NCBI RefSeq assembly: GCF_001194135.2
Contig: NC_068988.1
Span: forward strand, 95,707,598-95,771,597
DNA length: 64,000 nucleotides
Direction: 5' to 3'
Source of the DNA: Octopus bimaculoides
Taxonomy: Eukaryota
Part shown: positions 43,006-57,847 of the stretch, one piece after another
How the letters are laid out: each line of letters opens with the position of its first letter
How positions within the stretch are numbered: position 1 is the stretch's first letter
Translations under genes and position numbers: made by a program
The notes under the pieces: generated by a model
What the model was told of the DNA's origin: nothing
Database searches by the model: none
What the model saw: the letters and a program-made list of their open reading frames with translations, nothing else

Positions 43006-45870
43006 AAGTATAGCCGTTGGGAGTTCGTTGGCAAAGCACTCTATGGAAAACTNNNNNNNNNNNNNNNNNNNNNNNNNNNNNNNNNNNNNNNNNNNNNNNN
43101 NNNNNNNNNNNNNNNNNNNNNNNNNNNNNNNNNNNNNNNNNNNNNNNNNNNNNNNNNNNNNNNNNNNNNNNNNNNNNNNNNNNNNNNNNNNNNNNNNNNN
43201 NNNNNNNNNNNNNNNNNNNNNNNNNNNNNNNNNNNNNNNNNNNNNNNNNNNNNNNNNNNNNNNNNNNNNNNNNNNNNNNNNNNNNNNNNNNNNNNNNNNN
43301 NNNNNNNNNNNNNNNNNNNNNNNNNNNNNNNNNNNNNNNNNNNNNNNNNNNNNNNNNNNNNNNNNNNNNNNNNNNNNNNNNNNNNNNNNNNNNNNNNNNN
43401 NNNNNNNNNNNNNNNNNNNNNNNNNNNNNNNNNNNNNNNNNNNNNNNNNNNNNNNNNNNNNNNNNNNNNNNNNNNNNNNNNNNNNNNNNNNNNNNNNNNN
43501 NNNNNNNNNNNNNNNNNNNNNNNNNNNNNNNNNNNNNGGTTCTATATTTCCAATCTGTTTAGAATTTCCAATGAAAGATTATTCAATAGACACTTCTGGG
43601 GAGAAGAAATTTAATAAGGAAGCTAAATATTATTTTTAATATTGTACTCTTACGAAAGTGTGGCTAATTTTTCTGCAACATTTAAACTGCATTGAGTTCG
43701 CTTTTATTTTTATATTTTAGTTCTGAAAAGCTATTCAGAAAGGAAAGGAGAGAAACGTTATAGTTCCTTCTTTTATGAAACTGTAATTTCTCAAAGAAGA
43801 TTTTATGGAGTGGCATGGCTCTAGGACGAGATGTTCTCACACTGGCATCGAGATAGTGTTATTCGTATTGGTCAATAGCAATAATATGGCTATTTACTTC
43901 CAGTATAGTTATGTCTGAACAATCTTATGAATAACGACGTTCCAGCTGTGGCCATCTTGTTCTTTTCTCGTTGAATATCTAAGTTTACTTTATCCAATGT
44001 ATCTACCCTTTACTTATTCAAGTCTGAAAGGACTTGAAGGAAATTTGACAGTTATTTCTAGTAGATTGAGTCACAACGTTGGTTCGTCATCTTTTTACTG
44101 TCATCGTTGGCAATAGGTACAACATCTTTTGTCCGCATCCGAGTATAGAGATTATGACTTTCGTTGTTCTTCAGTTGAACAAATGGTAACAAATCTGAAG
44201 AATTACAAAGGTCGGATCCAGAGAAATAAAAGAAAAGAATCCCTGTACATCCAACAATATGTACGAGATGGTGCTCCATCATGGCCGCAGTCAAGTAAAA
44301 GATAAAAGATTAAACTATTTTCTTTTAATCTATTTTCTACACTCTCTCCCTCCCCCTCTCTCTCCCTCCCTCTCTCTCTCNNNNNNNNNNNNNNNNNNNN
44401 NNNNNNNNNNNNNNNNNNNNNNNNNNNNNNNNNNNNNNNNNNNNNNNNNNNNNNNNNNNNNNNNNNNNNNNNNNNNNNNNNNNNNNNNNNNNNNNNNNNN
44501 NNNNNNNNNNNNNNNNNNNNNNNNNNNNNNNNNNNNNNNNNNNNNNNNNNNNNNNNNNNNNNNNNNNNNNNNNNNNNNNNNNNNNNNNNNNNNNNNNNNN
44601 NNNNNNNNNNNNNNNNNNNNNNNNNNNNNNNNNNNNNNNNNNNNNNNNNNNNNNNNNNNNNNNNNNNNNNNNNNNNNNNNNNNNNNNNNNNNNNNNNNNN
44701 NNNNNNNNNNNNNNNNNNNNNNNNNNNNNNNNNNNNNNNNNNNNNNNNNNNNNNNNNNNNNNNNNNNNNNNNNNNNNNNNNNNNNNNNNNNNNNNNNNNN
44801 NNNNNNNNNNNNNNNNNNNNNNNNNNNNNNNNNNNNNNNNNNNNNNNNNNNNNNNNNNNNNNNNNNNNNNNNNNNNNNNNNNNNNNNNNNNNNNNNNNNN
44901 NNNNNNNNNNNNNNNNNNNNNNNNNNNNNNNNNNNNNNNNNNNNNNNNNNNNNNNNNNNNNNNNNNNNNNNNNNNNNNNNNNNNNNNNNNCTTTCTGTCT
45001 TTCTAAACCTTTATTTTAGAACTTTAATAACGGTTTCAACTTTTGACACAAAACTACGAAATCATGGAGATTTGATTTTATCGGTTCAGTACTTCACTGG
45101 TACTTAATTTATAGACCTTGGAGGGATGAAAGCAAAGTTGACCTCGGCAGGATTCGAACACCGAACGCATTATTAGAATACAGTTTATAAAGTTAAAACC
45201 TGTTCAGTTATAGTCAAGGAATGCATTAGACGTTTTAAAAGTATTTAGTTCACTATTTTACTGTTTAAACTAAAATTCAACCAAATTAGACTTACCATAT
45301 TTAGTTATAAAATCGCCGAAAGTCCTGGAAACGTTTGTGTTTCTCAGAGTGGAATTTTACCTGGTTTGGCATAAATTGCAAGTTTGCTTTGATACCAAAG
45401 GTAGCTCTGCAACATTTAAAAACGCTGAGCATCATTCAAAATTCTTCAAGCATGTGTAATCCTCGCTTGTAATACCTTTTCATAATGCCAACATCGAGGA
45501 AGTTCTTTTGTTTTTTTGCAGATGCAAAGTCATTAGATCAAAGACAGAAATAACTTGACAATTCGCCGTCTTTGGGAATTAATCTCCTTGTAAAAGAGAA
45601 TTAATCTCCTTGTGAAATCTTCTAACAGTTGTCGTTACCTTATCATCTTTCTCTGTTGAGAAAATCCCAATCTTCAGAGAAATACGAACGAGTACTTAAA
45701 ACCACGACGGAATGTTAAGTTCCCGAACACAAAGATCGTCACAGGGAACCCGAAACATTCGGTTAGCTTATTGTGATCGCTGAAAGTATTTGGTTGTTTA
45801 AAGTTGTTGATTGCTGAAAAGGAGAACAATTCATTAAAATGAATGGCAGTTAAGTCATTTTTCTCATTTA

Positions 45871-46135
45871 ACTTGTTTGAGTAATTGGACTGCGGCCATG
45901 CTGGGCCACCGTCATTAAAGGGTTTATTTTTAAGTCTGGTTATTTTTAACCGGTGGTGGTGAGACAAACACACATACACGTACGACAGGCGTCCACACAG
46001 TTTCCTTCTACCAAATTCACTCACAAGGCACCGGGTGACACGGGTCTATAGTAGAGGACACTTTCCCAAGATGTCACTCGATGAGACTGAACTCAAAAGC
46101 TCGTGGATGTCAAGCGGGTTTCTTAACCACACAGC
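45871..46135 (-). mobile_element. SINE family A, decayed
   Basis: gactgcggccatgctggg..tacgacagg..ctaccaaattcactcacaagg..gactgaactc. Confidence 0.7.
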
Positions 46136-46394
46136 TCGTCAAGTTTGTAACGAAATCACTTCCACAAATAAAAATGAAAGAGTACAAATGAAACAATTAT
46201 TGCCATTGAATTTATAAACTGAGATTATATTTTCATTCTTTGTAACGGGATTATGATGTTGTTTTGTAGAACGTGAGCTAAGTCGGTTAAAACCAGAAGC
46301 TAAGTTCCTCTGTCGTCACAAGAATCACTAGTTTCCTTATTCTTAACTGCATCAAATTTTGACAGTTGGAACCGTTATCACAAACTCATTCGCA

Positions 46395-46605
46395 ATTATT
46401 ATTGGTTTCAAATTTTGGTACAAGGCCAGCAATTTCAAAAGAAAGAGCAAGTCGTTTACATCGACCCCAGTACACAACTGGTACCTATTTTATCGACCTT
46501 GAAATGATGAAAGGCAAAGTCGACCTCAGCGGAATTTGAACTCAGAACGTAAAGACAGACGAGACACCGCTAAGCATTTAGTCCGGCGTGCTGACGCTTC
46601 GCCTT
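46395..46605 (-). mobile_element. SINE family B
   Basis: caaattttggtacaaggccagc..catcgaccccag..gatgaaaggcaaagtcgacctc. Confidence 0.85.
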
Positions 46606-47893
46606 TAATGGCCTCATTGTCGATATTTTCTTGGAAGGCGAGGAATTAACAGCATTGTTAGAGCGCCGGAAAAGAATGTGAAGGGAGCGAATGGAACGAC
46701 CCTGATCCTGGTCTAGGGTCAATCAAGAGCGAGCTGAATCAAACAGCACCAGAAATAAGGAGTCAAGGAGGAAGCTCGATATGCTGAAAATCGCAGCCAA
46801 ATCTCCCTAAAATCTATTATTTTAAACATGGAAAGTATACGTTATATGATGTATACTTATAAAGTGGGAGACTCACGGCTGGAATGCTTTTGCACATAGG
46901 TCTGCATAATACAGTTGACGGGAGGCAAAACAACACCAGCATCATCACCCCACCCCCCGGCCACCATCTCCCCCGCCACCATTCCCCCCAGTCTAATAAA
47001 TACTATTTTCTTGAAATCCTTTAGTTCGTCGCGTTTGGCATACCAGACTTTCATTTGCATGAGAGGACATTGTTAATGATGCTCTTGTTTGTCTTCTCGT
47101 AAGGAATATAGTCAGAATAAGGTTTGACGTAAAGAATTTAGTAGCGATGGCAGAAAAATAAATCAACAAAGTTGTCTCGGCTGGAGAAAATCTTTTAATT
47201 CACTCTTTATAAACTCCTCCCCACCACTCTTCCCTCCAATTCCATTTAAGAATGAATGGTCTGGTAGAGTTGGCATTGGTTTACACCAAAGAGGGAAAGA
47301 GGTAACGTTTTCTAAAACTTTAAGCTACGAAATTGATTCAAGCTTTTGGCATCCCCCAGCGCTACTTGACTCTCAATCAAATATTTACATCGTTCCAGTC
47401 TTTCCAATTTGTTCAATGTAAACCTTATTCAACTTATCTACTTCATCAGAGTTGTCACATTAATTATTCATACTCACAGCGAGTTTTTAACGGACTTAAA
47501 AACGAATCACCAAAGATCGAGTCTGTTCCATTGTTCAATATGTTTCTTATGTATCTATTCTTGTTTATTTTTGTTATTTTATTTATAAATTTCTGCAAAA
47601 GACATGGCAGCAGACGATGTTTTGCTTTACTTAAGATGGCGAAGATATTTTACTTCAGTTTTCATAAACTTTTTACTCATTTTAGAAGACCAGGAGGAAG
47701 AGTTTCGACAGAATCTATTGAACTGATGGGGTCAGTCACTACCAGTGGCTATTATTATCTTGTAATGGTAGCTGAATACTCTAAGTAGTTATTTCTATAA
47801 TCTTGTTAAGATACATCTACTAAATATGGAGATTTTAAAATTTGTTGAGTGTGTTCTCACCGTTTGGGTTACCTTCACATAACATATCATACA

Positions 47894-47896
<3 letters not shown>

Positions 47897-47965
<69 letters not shown>
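47897..47965. repeat. (GA)n microsatellite
   Basis: Directly visible. Confidence 0.98.
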
Positions 47966-47969
<4 letters not shown>

Positions 47970-48957
47970 ATATGCTTATGAGTTTTCAAGATTGTGGTGA
48001 TCAATTTGACAATAAAAAACAACGTAAGTGGTCTTCTGATCAGTAAAGTTATAAAGACGGTAATGGAATTCAATTCCAACCAAGGTAAGCTTGTATTATG
48101 ACGTTAGGTTATTTCAATAATTTTCAACTAACGATCGCTTCGTAAAATCTAAGATAGAATCGTTTGAAGAAGCATTACTTCTTGGATTGGATACATTCAC
48201 TTGTAACCTGGAAACTTACTTTAAACAACCTCTCTTAACACTGTTGAATCATCTACAAGTATCCAGAGTTCACACAAAAGAGACAACCCAGTAAAACAGG
48301 CAAAACAATGTGCAAAGTCTCTAACAATAAATATTGGTACTGCAGTTCGACAACGAAAAAAAAATCGGTATAATTCTACTTTAGGCACTCCATGTAAACC
48401 CTCATAACTTTTTTCTATTTTTTGGAATTTTCAGAATATTTTTGCGAAGTTGTGTTCTGCACACAAAAATTCATACGATTACACAAAACAATTTTGTGTG
48501 TGATTTAAGGGCGATTTAGCTGTTGTTTTTAGTACACCTCACGACCACTCGATACCTTCCTCGTTTCTTTGTCACTCTAACATGTATTAATGTTTTTCAA
48601 TATTTTTCCCCCCTCATAAACACAATGGAATGATGATGCACCCAAGGGAGGTTTGTTGCTGTCATTTAAGCCAAAAATTCGGACTGTCCGTAATTTAGAC
48701 TGATTAGAAATAAATTCGAGAAAAGTGGAACTTTTAGGATTTATAGGGAGTACTTTTAATCATAGATCAACTGGATAATGGCTGACTTAGGGGCTAAGCA
48801 ACAACAACAACAACCATTGCATATTAGTGACCACACTGTGGTCCTTTAATAGGCGGAGACGAGGCTCGTTTGGGGTTCTGCAACGTACTCAGTCTTCACC
48901 TGAAATTCCTACAAATAATTGAAGTAGTTCGACTTTTTTTTTATTGCTGAGTTTGAG

Positions 48958-49095
48958 GAAGACGTGTGGCCGAGCGGTCGAGGTGTTAGGGTCAGGCTTA
49001 TAAAGTTCTCGATTGGACAAGGTGTTGTGTCCTTGAGCAAGACACTTAATTTCATGTTGCAGCTGTCTATTGACCTGGAAATAAGTACCAACCGA
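48958..49095 (+). mobile_element. SINE family C-like fragment
   Basis: gacgtgtggccgagcggt..gttgtgtccttgagcaagacactt. Confidence 0.55.
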
Positions 49096-49669
49096 GTGCC
49101 ACTGGTGGAGCTCTCGCTTACATTGCCATCCATCTTGGATGGTTTCTCTGGCGCATGGGTGAGAGGGTCGAGAGAGCGCTTGTGTCTGATCGCAGTTGCA
49201 CAGGTATCTAAAACGATTAGTGGAACCACGGTACACGGTATCTAATCGTAGTCACCTTCAGTGACGGTTATCGTTGGTTTTAGTCAGAGGAGAACGAGTA
49301 GCGCTCTTTACATGCCCTCCATGACTGGTGAGAGGAAGTAATCCACGGGCGAATGACCTGACCCCAATACTAGCTAATGATCATCATGTCTTAAACACGA
49401 CAGGGCATGATTTGAGGGAGATTTGGGCTACTATTTCTAGCATGTTGAGGGTGCGCTTAGAGCTGCGTGATGAGCGTTATAATAGATGAGTGTGGGTGCG
49501 TGTGGGAGTGTGAATAATGGATGAGGAGTGTTAGAGGGGAGGGAGTGAATTAGTGGGGTGGTGGGCGGAGTGGATATTTTATTGAAGCCGTCCGGTTTAA
49601 TTCCTCTAAAACTAGAGAAATACTTAGAGATGGAAAAACTAACAATTTGAAATCGTTAAGTGAGTGTAT

Positions 49670-49674
<5 letters not shown>

Positions 49675-49735
<61 letters not shown>

Positions 49736-50598
49736 NNNNNNNNNNNNNNNNNNNNNNNNNNNNNNNNNNNNNNNNNNNNNNNNNNNNNNNNNNNNNNNNN
49801 NNNNNNNNNNNNNNNNNNNNNNNNNNNNNNNNNNNNNNNNNNNNNNNNNNNNNNNNNNNNNNNNNNNNNNNNNNNNNNNNNNNNNNNNNNNNNNNNNNNN
49901 NNNNNNNNNNNNNNNNNNNNNNNNNNNNNNNNNNNNNNNNNNNNNNNNNNNNNNNNNNNNNNNNNNNNNNNNNNNNNNNNNNNNNNNNNNNNNNNNNNNN
50001 NNNNNNNNNNNNNNNNNNNNNNNNNNNNNNNNNNNNNNNNNNNNNNNNNNNNNNNNNNNNNNNNNNNNNNNNNNNNNNNNNNNNNNNNNNNNNNNNNNNN
50101 NNNNNNNNNNNNNNNNNNNNNNNNNNNNNNNNNNNNNNNNNNNNNNNNNNNNNNNNNNNNNNNNNNNNNNNNNNNNNNNNNNNNNNNNNNNNNNNNNNNN
50201 NNNNNNNNNNNNNNNNNNNNNNNNNNNNNNNNNNNNNNNNNNNNNNNNNNNNNNNNNNNNNNNNNNNNNNNNNNNNNNNNNNNNNNNNNNNNNNNNNNNN
50301 NNNNNNNNNNNNNNNNNNNNNNNNNNNNNNNNNNNNNNNNNNNNNNNNNNNNNNNNNNNNNNNNNNNNNNNNNNNNNNNNNNNNNNNNNNNNNNNNNNNN
50401 NNNNNNNNNNNNNNNNNNNNNNNNNNNNNNNNNNNNNNNNNNNNNNNNNNNNNNNNNNNNNNNNNNNNNNNNNNNNNNNNNNNNNNNNNNNNNNNNNNNN
50501 NNNNNNNNNNNNNNNNNNNNNNNNNNNNNNNNNNNNNNNNNNNNNNNNNNNNNNNNNNNNNNNNNNNNNNNNNNNNNNNNNNNNNNNNNNNNNNNNNN

Positions 50599-50648
<50 letters not shown>
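49675..50648. repeat. (GT)n microsatellite flanking an assembly gap on both sides
   Basis: Directly visible. Confidence 0.95.
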
Positions 50649-50653
<5 letters not shown>

Positions 50654-52257
50654 GCGCGCGCATTAACTACAAGTTGATCGTCTTCACAACTGCTTCAGTA
50701 ACTTTATAAACATTTGATTCGCCATCAGATTTGTACGCAGCAGAGGCGGTCAACTCTCGGAGAGTTTGTATTGCGGGGTGGGAGAGAAATCGTTTTGAGT
50801 TCAAATTACGCCAAGGTCAAATTTTTGCCCGCCGCACTAAAAAGTTTCCCTACCCCCTGTCAGAGGTGAATGCAATACATTGCTCTTAAGCTGTCATCTT
50901 TTACTACGGCATCTTTCATGTCAGTTGACAAAGGAGCCTTTTTTAATAACCCAACCTACTAGAAATAGCAGCCATCGTCTGCTCAATCAAAGTTAACCTG
51001 ATGTACAACAACAACAACCTACGAATGGTCTTACCAAATATTTCTGTAAATATAACTCACAAAACAACAATCCCAGACTTTCAGACCATTTGTTGTTTGG
51101 ATGTTTTGCAGAGATTTAAGTCTGAAACAGTAACAATGATATCGCATCAACAATTTAGTGTGACACCATTTTAAAATTGCAAAATCGTTTAAGTTTAGAT
51201 TCAAACACTAGAAGTAGAACTTTTTGTGCTACTCGAGTATCTTGATACTGATTCTTTACCAAGATTTGAAATTCTAGTAGCACTATTCATTCTGTAAAGA
51301 TATACAAATTATATTCTGCTCCATCAGCGCCATTCTACGTTTTGTTGCCAGACTTGGTAAATTATTCTTGTAATTTGATTGATGAACGCTTATATTGAGT
51401 TGTCTGAATCAAATATTCTCTAAATAAGTGGCACCGTTATTTACTGTGGAGACATGTGACCAGGTTAAATTTCCCAATCTTCTTTACCATTTCTGTAATC
51501 AAATTACTTTTTTCATCTCTTCTGATATAAATTTACGATTTCGATTTTTGTATTTTGTTTTAAGTTAGAAAAACAAAGTCACAAAACACAAATAGTGAAA
51601 AGTGGTAAAACTGGCCTTTCAGACTATCTGTAGAAAACTTCGACATACATAGAATGAAAAACAAATAATGATGCTAGATTTCAGTGTTTCCAGTACATAG
51701 AGGAAGAAATATTTAAAAAAATATTTCTTAAATTCTTTCTGTCTGTTTTTCTCTCACCTTGTACGTCTGTCTTCCTCTGCGTATCTCACTCAATTTGTCT
51801 CTTTTTCGGCCTTTCTTCTGTATGTCCCTGCCTGCTTCTTTCTGATTGTCTCTTACTCTGTCTCATTTTCTCTCCTCTCTCCCCACCTCTCTCTCAGCCT
51901 GCCTCTTTTAGTGGATATTCGTATTTGTTTGGCAATAAAAGAATTTTAGCTACAAGCATTCAACTTCTTAACGTCATCCTGTCAACATACAAATATGATG
52001 ATCTCTGAGATTAGTTTTTTTTAGAAAAGTTTTGATCTGATAAGCACTGTACTTCTTCCGCAAGACTTATTACCCATTCATAAATACTAAAAGATAAGCC
52101 ATTAGTGTTTAGGAACGGTTCTGGTTCTAAGTACTATGTCTTCTGTGTGACAGAACAACATCATATCATTCTGATCTTAAATAAAAGAAACGAACTTATT
52201 TCAGTATGTCGTCAGATACTCAAATTCCTCCTGATGAATGATAGTTACGAACATCAA

Positions 52258-52470
52258 CCCTTTTGATACTAACCCACCTGAGACCGTCCCTGGTTCTATG
52301 ATACAAGCTTTCTGTATTACAATGATCTAAATTAAAACTTTCATCAAAATTTCATGTTCCAACACCAACTTAACAACAATAAAATTATTTTAAAAAATTC
52401 TTCATATTTAATTGAAACAAAAAGCAGTGTATTTCAATACAAATATGGTTTTCAAAACTATTAAAGAGTA
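52258..52470. mobile_element. Diverged relative of the 2429 piggyBac-type MITE
   Basis: ccctttt-gatactaacccacctgagacc resembles the reverse complement of the 2648 end; right terminus unclear. Confidence 0.45.
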
Positions 52471-54567
52471 CTTAACTTTCTGAGAGCGTTCATGGTCCCG
52501 GGTTAAACGATTTAGCCATTATCAGTCAATTTGATATGCACAGCTCACCAAAAGACCGATTGAGCGACACTCTTATTAACAGTTGATCCCTATTGAGATC
52601 AAGTGAGATCTATGCTAAAGTTCGGCTCCAATGTAGTTCTAGGACAGCTCTGTTGTTATAAACTCAAATATTCCAGACCACATCCAAAGGATGACCATCC
52701 CACTGAGTCCTATGACTCAGTTTTTTCTCTCTGATTCTTCTACAGACATTACAACGTCTCGACACATATGGACTCACTAAGCTCCATACTCCATCTATTC
52801 ACATCTACCACTTTCCTTCTTATCGATAGGTCTGATGCGTTCGGTTTGTATATTCCCAGGTAATGTTAGATTATCTGTTTCTTAAGCTCTTTGACACAGA
52901 CAGAAATAACGATCCTTCTTATCAGTGGAGAAATTACATTGATATCTGTTACACAGCTAAGGAGGTTTTAAGTTTGTTTTTTTTAGTTTGTTGTATTTCT
53001 AACATTATCTGATTGACTCCTGTATGTTTGTAGGTTTAGATGTTTATATATTTATAAGCTTTCATGTTGGATTCTGATATTAATTTGAGTTTTATCTGAT
53101 GACTTATTTTAGGTCTTTATAAGTTCTGAAGTTAGGCCTTTGATTCCACAATCAACTTTGTTTCTAGTTTCAGCGACCAGCAATAAATGACTATTTCAAC
53201 TCTCATCAGGAAATTCTATATTTTGATCTTCTGACAAATATATGTTTATAATAAAATACTTATCCTATTTCATGATCTTCATCATGACGTCATGTTGAGT
53301 GTTCGCCATTAATATATTGTCGTACTGATTCGACTTTCACATTTCCTTTTCGAAATATAAACGTTGTTTCCTGTTACTTAACCTCATCATAGCTATTTTT
53401 ATTAAAAAAATAACAATGTTCAAGTTTACCAATACAGTCACGATCTGCTCGCGTTAGGCTAATGATATTTCGTGATGCCAGTGTAAAGTTTATGATTGGT
53501 AAATTTCATTGAATCTTAAGACGCTGATCAAACTGAAAGTATTTAACGTAGGTCTCTGTGAAGACATTACTGATTTCGAATGTAGAACTGGAAACCAAAT
53601 TATAGACTAACGCCAGTAAATTGAAGTTTATTTTTTGTAATGTCAGCGAAATTGGAAACTAAAGGAAAATTGAAATTGTGATTATAGTAAAGGAAACGAC
53701 GTCTCAGAAGAAAACAAATAATCGTCGAAAGAAATAATAAATTATTTCACAAAATACAGTTATACGAGTTGTGTTCTCTTTCTAAATTCTGCGTCTATGT
53801 GGATGCAAAATCCATCAGAAATAGTCATCAGATAGCAAACACTAACAAGAACTAATGGAGAACATTTTTATTAAAAACTAGGTTTTTATTAAATAAAAAA
53901 CATCAAAAGCTTCTATAATCGAATCAAATGTTCAAAACATGATCGTTATATTACCAAACAGACTTTCAACCTTGGGTCTGATTAACAAGCTTTTAGATAG
54001 AAATTTAGCTAATCCGCTAATGATTGAAACTCATAAATTCTTTTATTCTCGAGAAGAAATTAGAAAAATGGGAATCTTCAGGAAATTTAAGACGAGACCA
54101 TAAGCTATCTGCTAACATCTTGACATGAAGAACAGCTTTGCATATGTTGTTGGGAAAAAATAGTTAAATTACACTGGAAATGCAAATTGAAGCTCAAAAA
54201 TACACTCCAAGAATATCCACGTTATTTGTTCAAATTTCATGAGAGTTATTTGCAATTTAAAACAAATATTTGTGTCGATTGGTGACCACATTCACATCTG
54301 ATCAAATTATGCGAGGAATAGTGAAGAATCATCCCGAGAGATCACCTTTTTCTTGCAAGATTGATCACCACGATCCAAATTGTCTTCGATGGGTGGTACA
54401 AATCTAACAAGATGTTGGTTGATATTTCATTGAAATGGGCCACGCATAAAAAAATGTTTGAGGTTGAAATAATATTTACCAGCTCACTGGACCTTCTCTT
54501 CTGTCCTGACCAGAATGAGGTGTAGCGTTAAGTGAACTCGTTCTCTTTAAACTCGTTGAAATGCTCT

Positions 54568-54769
54568 AAGGCTGCGAGCTGGCAGAATCTTTAGCACACC
54601 GGACGAAATACTTAGAGGTATTTCGTCTGTCTTTTCGTTCTGAGTTCAAATTCCGCCGAGGTCGATTTGCCTTTCATCCTTTCGGGGTCGATAAATTAAG
54701 TAGCAGTCGATTAGATCGACTTGTCCCCTCCACCAAAATTTCGGGCCTTGTGCCTAGAGTAGAAAAAAA
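54568..54769 (+). mobile_element. SINE family B
   Basis: Head, core and gggccttgtgcctagagtagaaa tail. Confidence 0.88.
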
Positions 54770-55824
54770 TATCAAATGCTTCCTGAGTTGGAGGAATACT
54801 TCTGAAATTCTTCATCAGTTGTCACTGAATTGAAATGAGATAATCAAGTAAAGAATCTTGCTTCATTAGTTGCACTCTTTCTTCACTTCAATAACGTAAT
54901 TAATTCATAGACCTAGAAAGAAATTAAACCATAATTCATATTGTATGATTTGAGAGCAATTTCCATCGATTATTACAATCAGCCACTACTTAACAAAATT
55001 ATCGTATGACAATTTACAATAGACATCTTACTTAACTACGATAATTAGTTTAAAGGAAAAACAAAGTAGGAGGTTTTGATGTTCAAGATGTTGCTATATT
55101 TAAGCCCCTGGTTACTCTTCATTGAGCAAATCTATGAGCATAGGTATTCTAGCCGTGACCACCCTATATTATGGGTATCTGGAACTACGATTATTTAACG
55201 ATCTCTTTCTTTTCTTTAAGATAGTTGAATGCTGTTATTTCTAGCAGATCAATTGGCCGCGTACAAGTTCCCTCTGTGCTCAATTTCTTTACGACAACAT
55301 GGGGGACAACAGTAAAGGGCATGACAGTTAAGCAAAGTTGCTCTCGGTAGTGTTTGAACTCAGAACGTGAAGAACCGAAACAAATGTCACGAGGCGTTCT
55401 GTCCGGCATTAAACCAACTCGGCTAATTCACCAGCCAGCATTCCTTACAGTGCCGACTCTCTTCCAGGCATTTTGCACATCTACACAGGTTCGTAGGTAG
55501 ACGCATATACGCTCCTTTTGCTTTTATGCCGGCGTCGAACACACATTCATACCTACACACTCATACATCGATGGCTACATGTAGACATTGCCAAACACAC
55601 TTATATGCACAGGTAGACTTAGATACACATATATAAAATTAAACATGTACGTAATATAATTTGATGTCATTGATTCATTGAATTTGAAGCTATTTGAAAC
55701 ACGAGGTGTCATTAAATCTAACAAACCTGGCGGAAGATTTATGCGGTTCTCGTTAACACTTGTCCTTTTGTCTCTCACTTTGGATAACCTTAACAACATC
55801 CGCGTGCCACAGCAGAGTGAATAC

Positions 55825-56164
55825 ATGCACACACACACACACACATACATACATACACTCACACACACATATATATATATATATACACATGCATACATAC
55901 ATTTANNNNNNNNNNCATACATACATACATACATACATCATACACACATACACATACATATATATGCATACATATATAGCTATATATACATACATATTTG
56001 TATGCATACACACATACATACATACATGCATACATACATACATATATATACGTACATTCATATACATATATATACATGCATGCAACCATACATACATGCA
56101 CACGCACACGCACAAACACAAAACACACATATTTGCACGCGCGTGCGCGCATGAAAGATAAATA

Positions 56165-56200
<36 letters not shown>
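55825..56200. repeat. Degenerate (AC)/(AT)/(ATAC) simple repeat
   Basis: Directly visible. Confidence 0.9.
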
Positions 56201-56204
<4 letters not shown>

Positions 56205-56366
56205 GAATATTTACTTTCGACAACTGGTTCTCATTTACTTTTTCAAAAGGGATCAGAGCTCAACTTGCGCTCATATCGTTAAGAATCCATCATGCAGACA
56301 CTTTGCAGAGTAAATATAAAAACAAAACAAAGCGAAAATGCTGAAGGGTTACATCAGAATCACTAA

Positions 56367-56403
<37 letters not shown>

Positions 56404-56922
56404 ATGTGTGTATATATATATAACGTAAAACCAAGTATTTTGAAGTTACAAATACACAGTTATTCCAACTTCAATAAATAAAAAAACACAATACTCATCC
56501 GAGAGCGACAACAAACATTTTCAGCAACAAATCACAATTTGTATTCTTGTTTTCATTTCCAATTTTAAAAAATTTCCACTTTTACCAGAATGTTTAAGTT
56601 AAGATGGTTGATTGAATAATATATTTTTCTCTCTGGTCGTGGCTCAAAAAATTAAACCCATTCTGTGTGTTTCGTTGTATTTCTTGAGAAAGTCTCTGAG
56701 GGAAAAGATCGTGACTGGATTAGAATGGATTGAAAACCTTAGATATGAAAAAATGTCTCTGAGCCGTTAATGCTCTGAGAAAATTCCACAATTCATGATT
56801 TCCTTTGCTTTCTTTAAACTTAAGAGCCTTTAGCTTAGGGACCAATATTTAATAAATATATAAAGAAAAAAATGCTTTATTTATAAAGGTAAATAATTTT
56901 TTTTATTGATAATATTTATATT

Positions 56923-57125
56923 AAGGTGGTGAGTTGGCAGAAACGTTAGCACGCCAAGCAAAATGCTTTGCGGTATTTCGCCCATCTTTACGTTCTGAGT
57001 TCAAATTCCGCTTTCATTCTTTCGGGATCGGTAAAATAAGTACCAGTCGAGCACTGGGGTTGATATAATCGACTCGTCTCATTTCCCGAACTCGCTGGCT
57101 TTCTGCCAAAATTAGAAACCAATAT
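56923..57125 (+). mobile_element. SINE family B
   Basis: aaggtggtgagttggcagaaacgttagc..gttctgagttcaaattccg.. Confidence 0.85.
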
Positions 57126-57810
57126 TTATCTTAACATTTCATTTCGATCAGTTTGAAGTACGATCGTCATCAAGTGTATAGTTCCATGTTTTGACTTGAT
57201 TTGAAATTTTTCATCTCTAAAGATAAAAATCAATAGTCTGAAAAAAAATGATGATAATTTATTAATATTTAATCATCTCTGTTGTTGCAATTGAGAGTTT
57301 AAAGAACCGAGATTAGTCGAGAAGTCACCAGCTGGTTTCTTATGATTGACACCACAAACAACCCGGTTACCAGTCTGTATAATTGCAAACACGTACCTTA
57401 AGACAATGTTTCTGAAAATGGCTTCCAAAAGTATCTTTTAATAACATATAATAAAAAAAAATCGTATTCACCATTTTCAAAATAAGTTATGTTTATTTTG
57501 ATGAATAAATTTTCTCTCTAGAATAAATTTTGTTTCATTTAATGGCTTTTAAAATGAGAGTGACAGACTTGTGCGTAAATATAGGTATGGATTCTGCGAG
57601 TTTGAGAAAATAGTGGAAGGATTCGTCGAGAAAATAAGCTGAAGAACCGTTGGGTTATGATGAATTGATCTGTAAATAGATATCACAAGGAATCAGTTCT
57701 GGGGGAATATAGAAATTGGTAAATGGGTCGATAGCTGGCAGTGTTGGATTCAGTAAACAATGAGTTTTGTGGGTCTGAATGCTCCAAATAAAAAGCAGGA
57801 ATACGGGTCA

Positions 57811-57813
57811 TTA

Positions 57814-57847
<34 letters not shown>

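Noticed and set aside
44058-44200. Possible minus-strand terminal exon (DLLPFVQLKNNESH..SIY*)
   Set aside because: An acceptor-like site exists, but there is no homology and no upstream partner exon
47333-47788. 151-aa ORF
   Set aside because: AT-rich low-complexity composition, no recognisable domain or exon boundaries
834-50709. Long ORFs filled with X (834, 8464, 38119, 40791, 43017, 44259, 49647 etc.)
   Set aside because: Artefacts of N gaps; only the RTE-derived flanks at 1767-2137 and 9563-9821 carry real protein signal
53161-53210. CTGATGAG...GAAAC on the minus strand
   Set aside because: No stem II or III pairing and no NUH triplet with stem I
57325-57375. Second hammerhead-like motif (GAAAC CAGCTG GTG on -)
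   Set aside because: Core reads CTGGTAA rather than CTGANGA and stem II does not close; at most a dead relic
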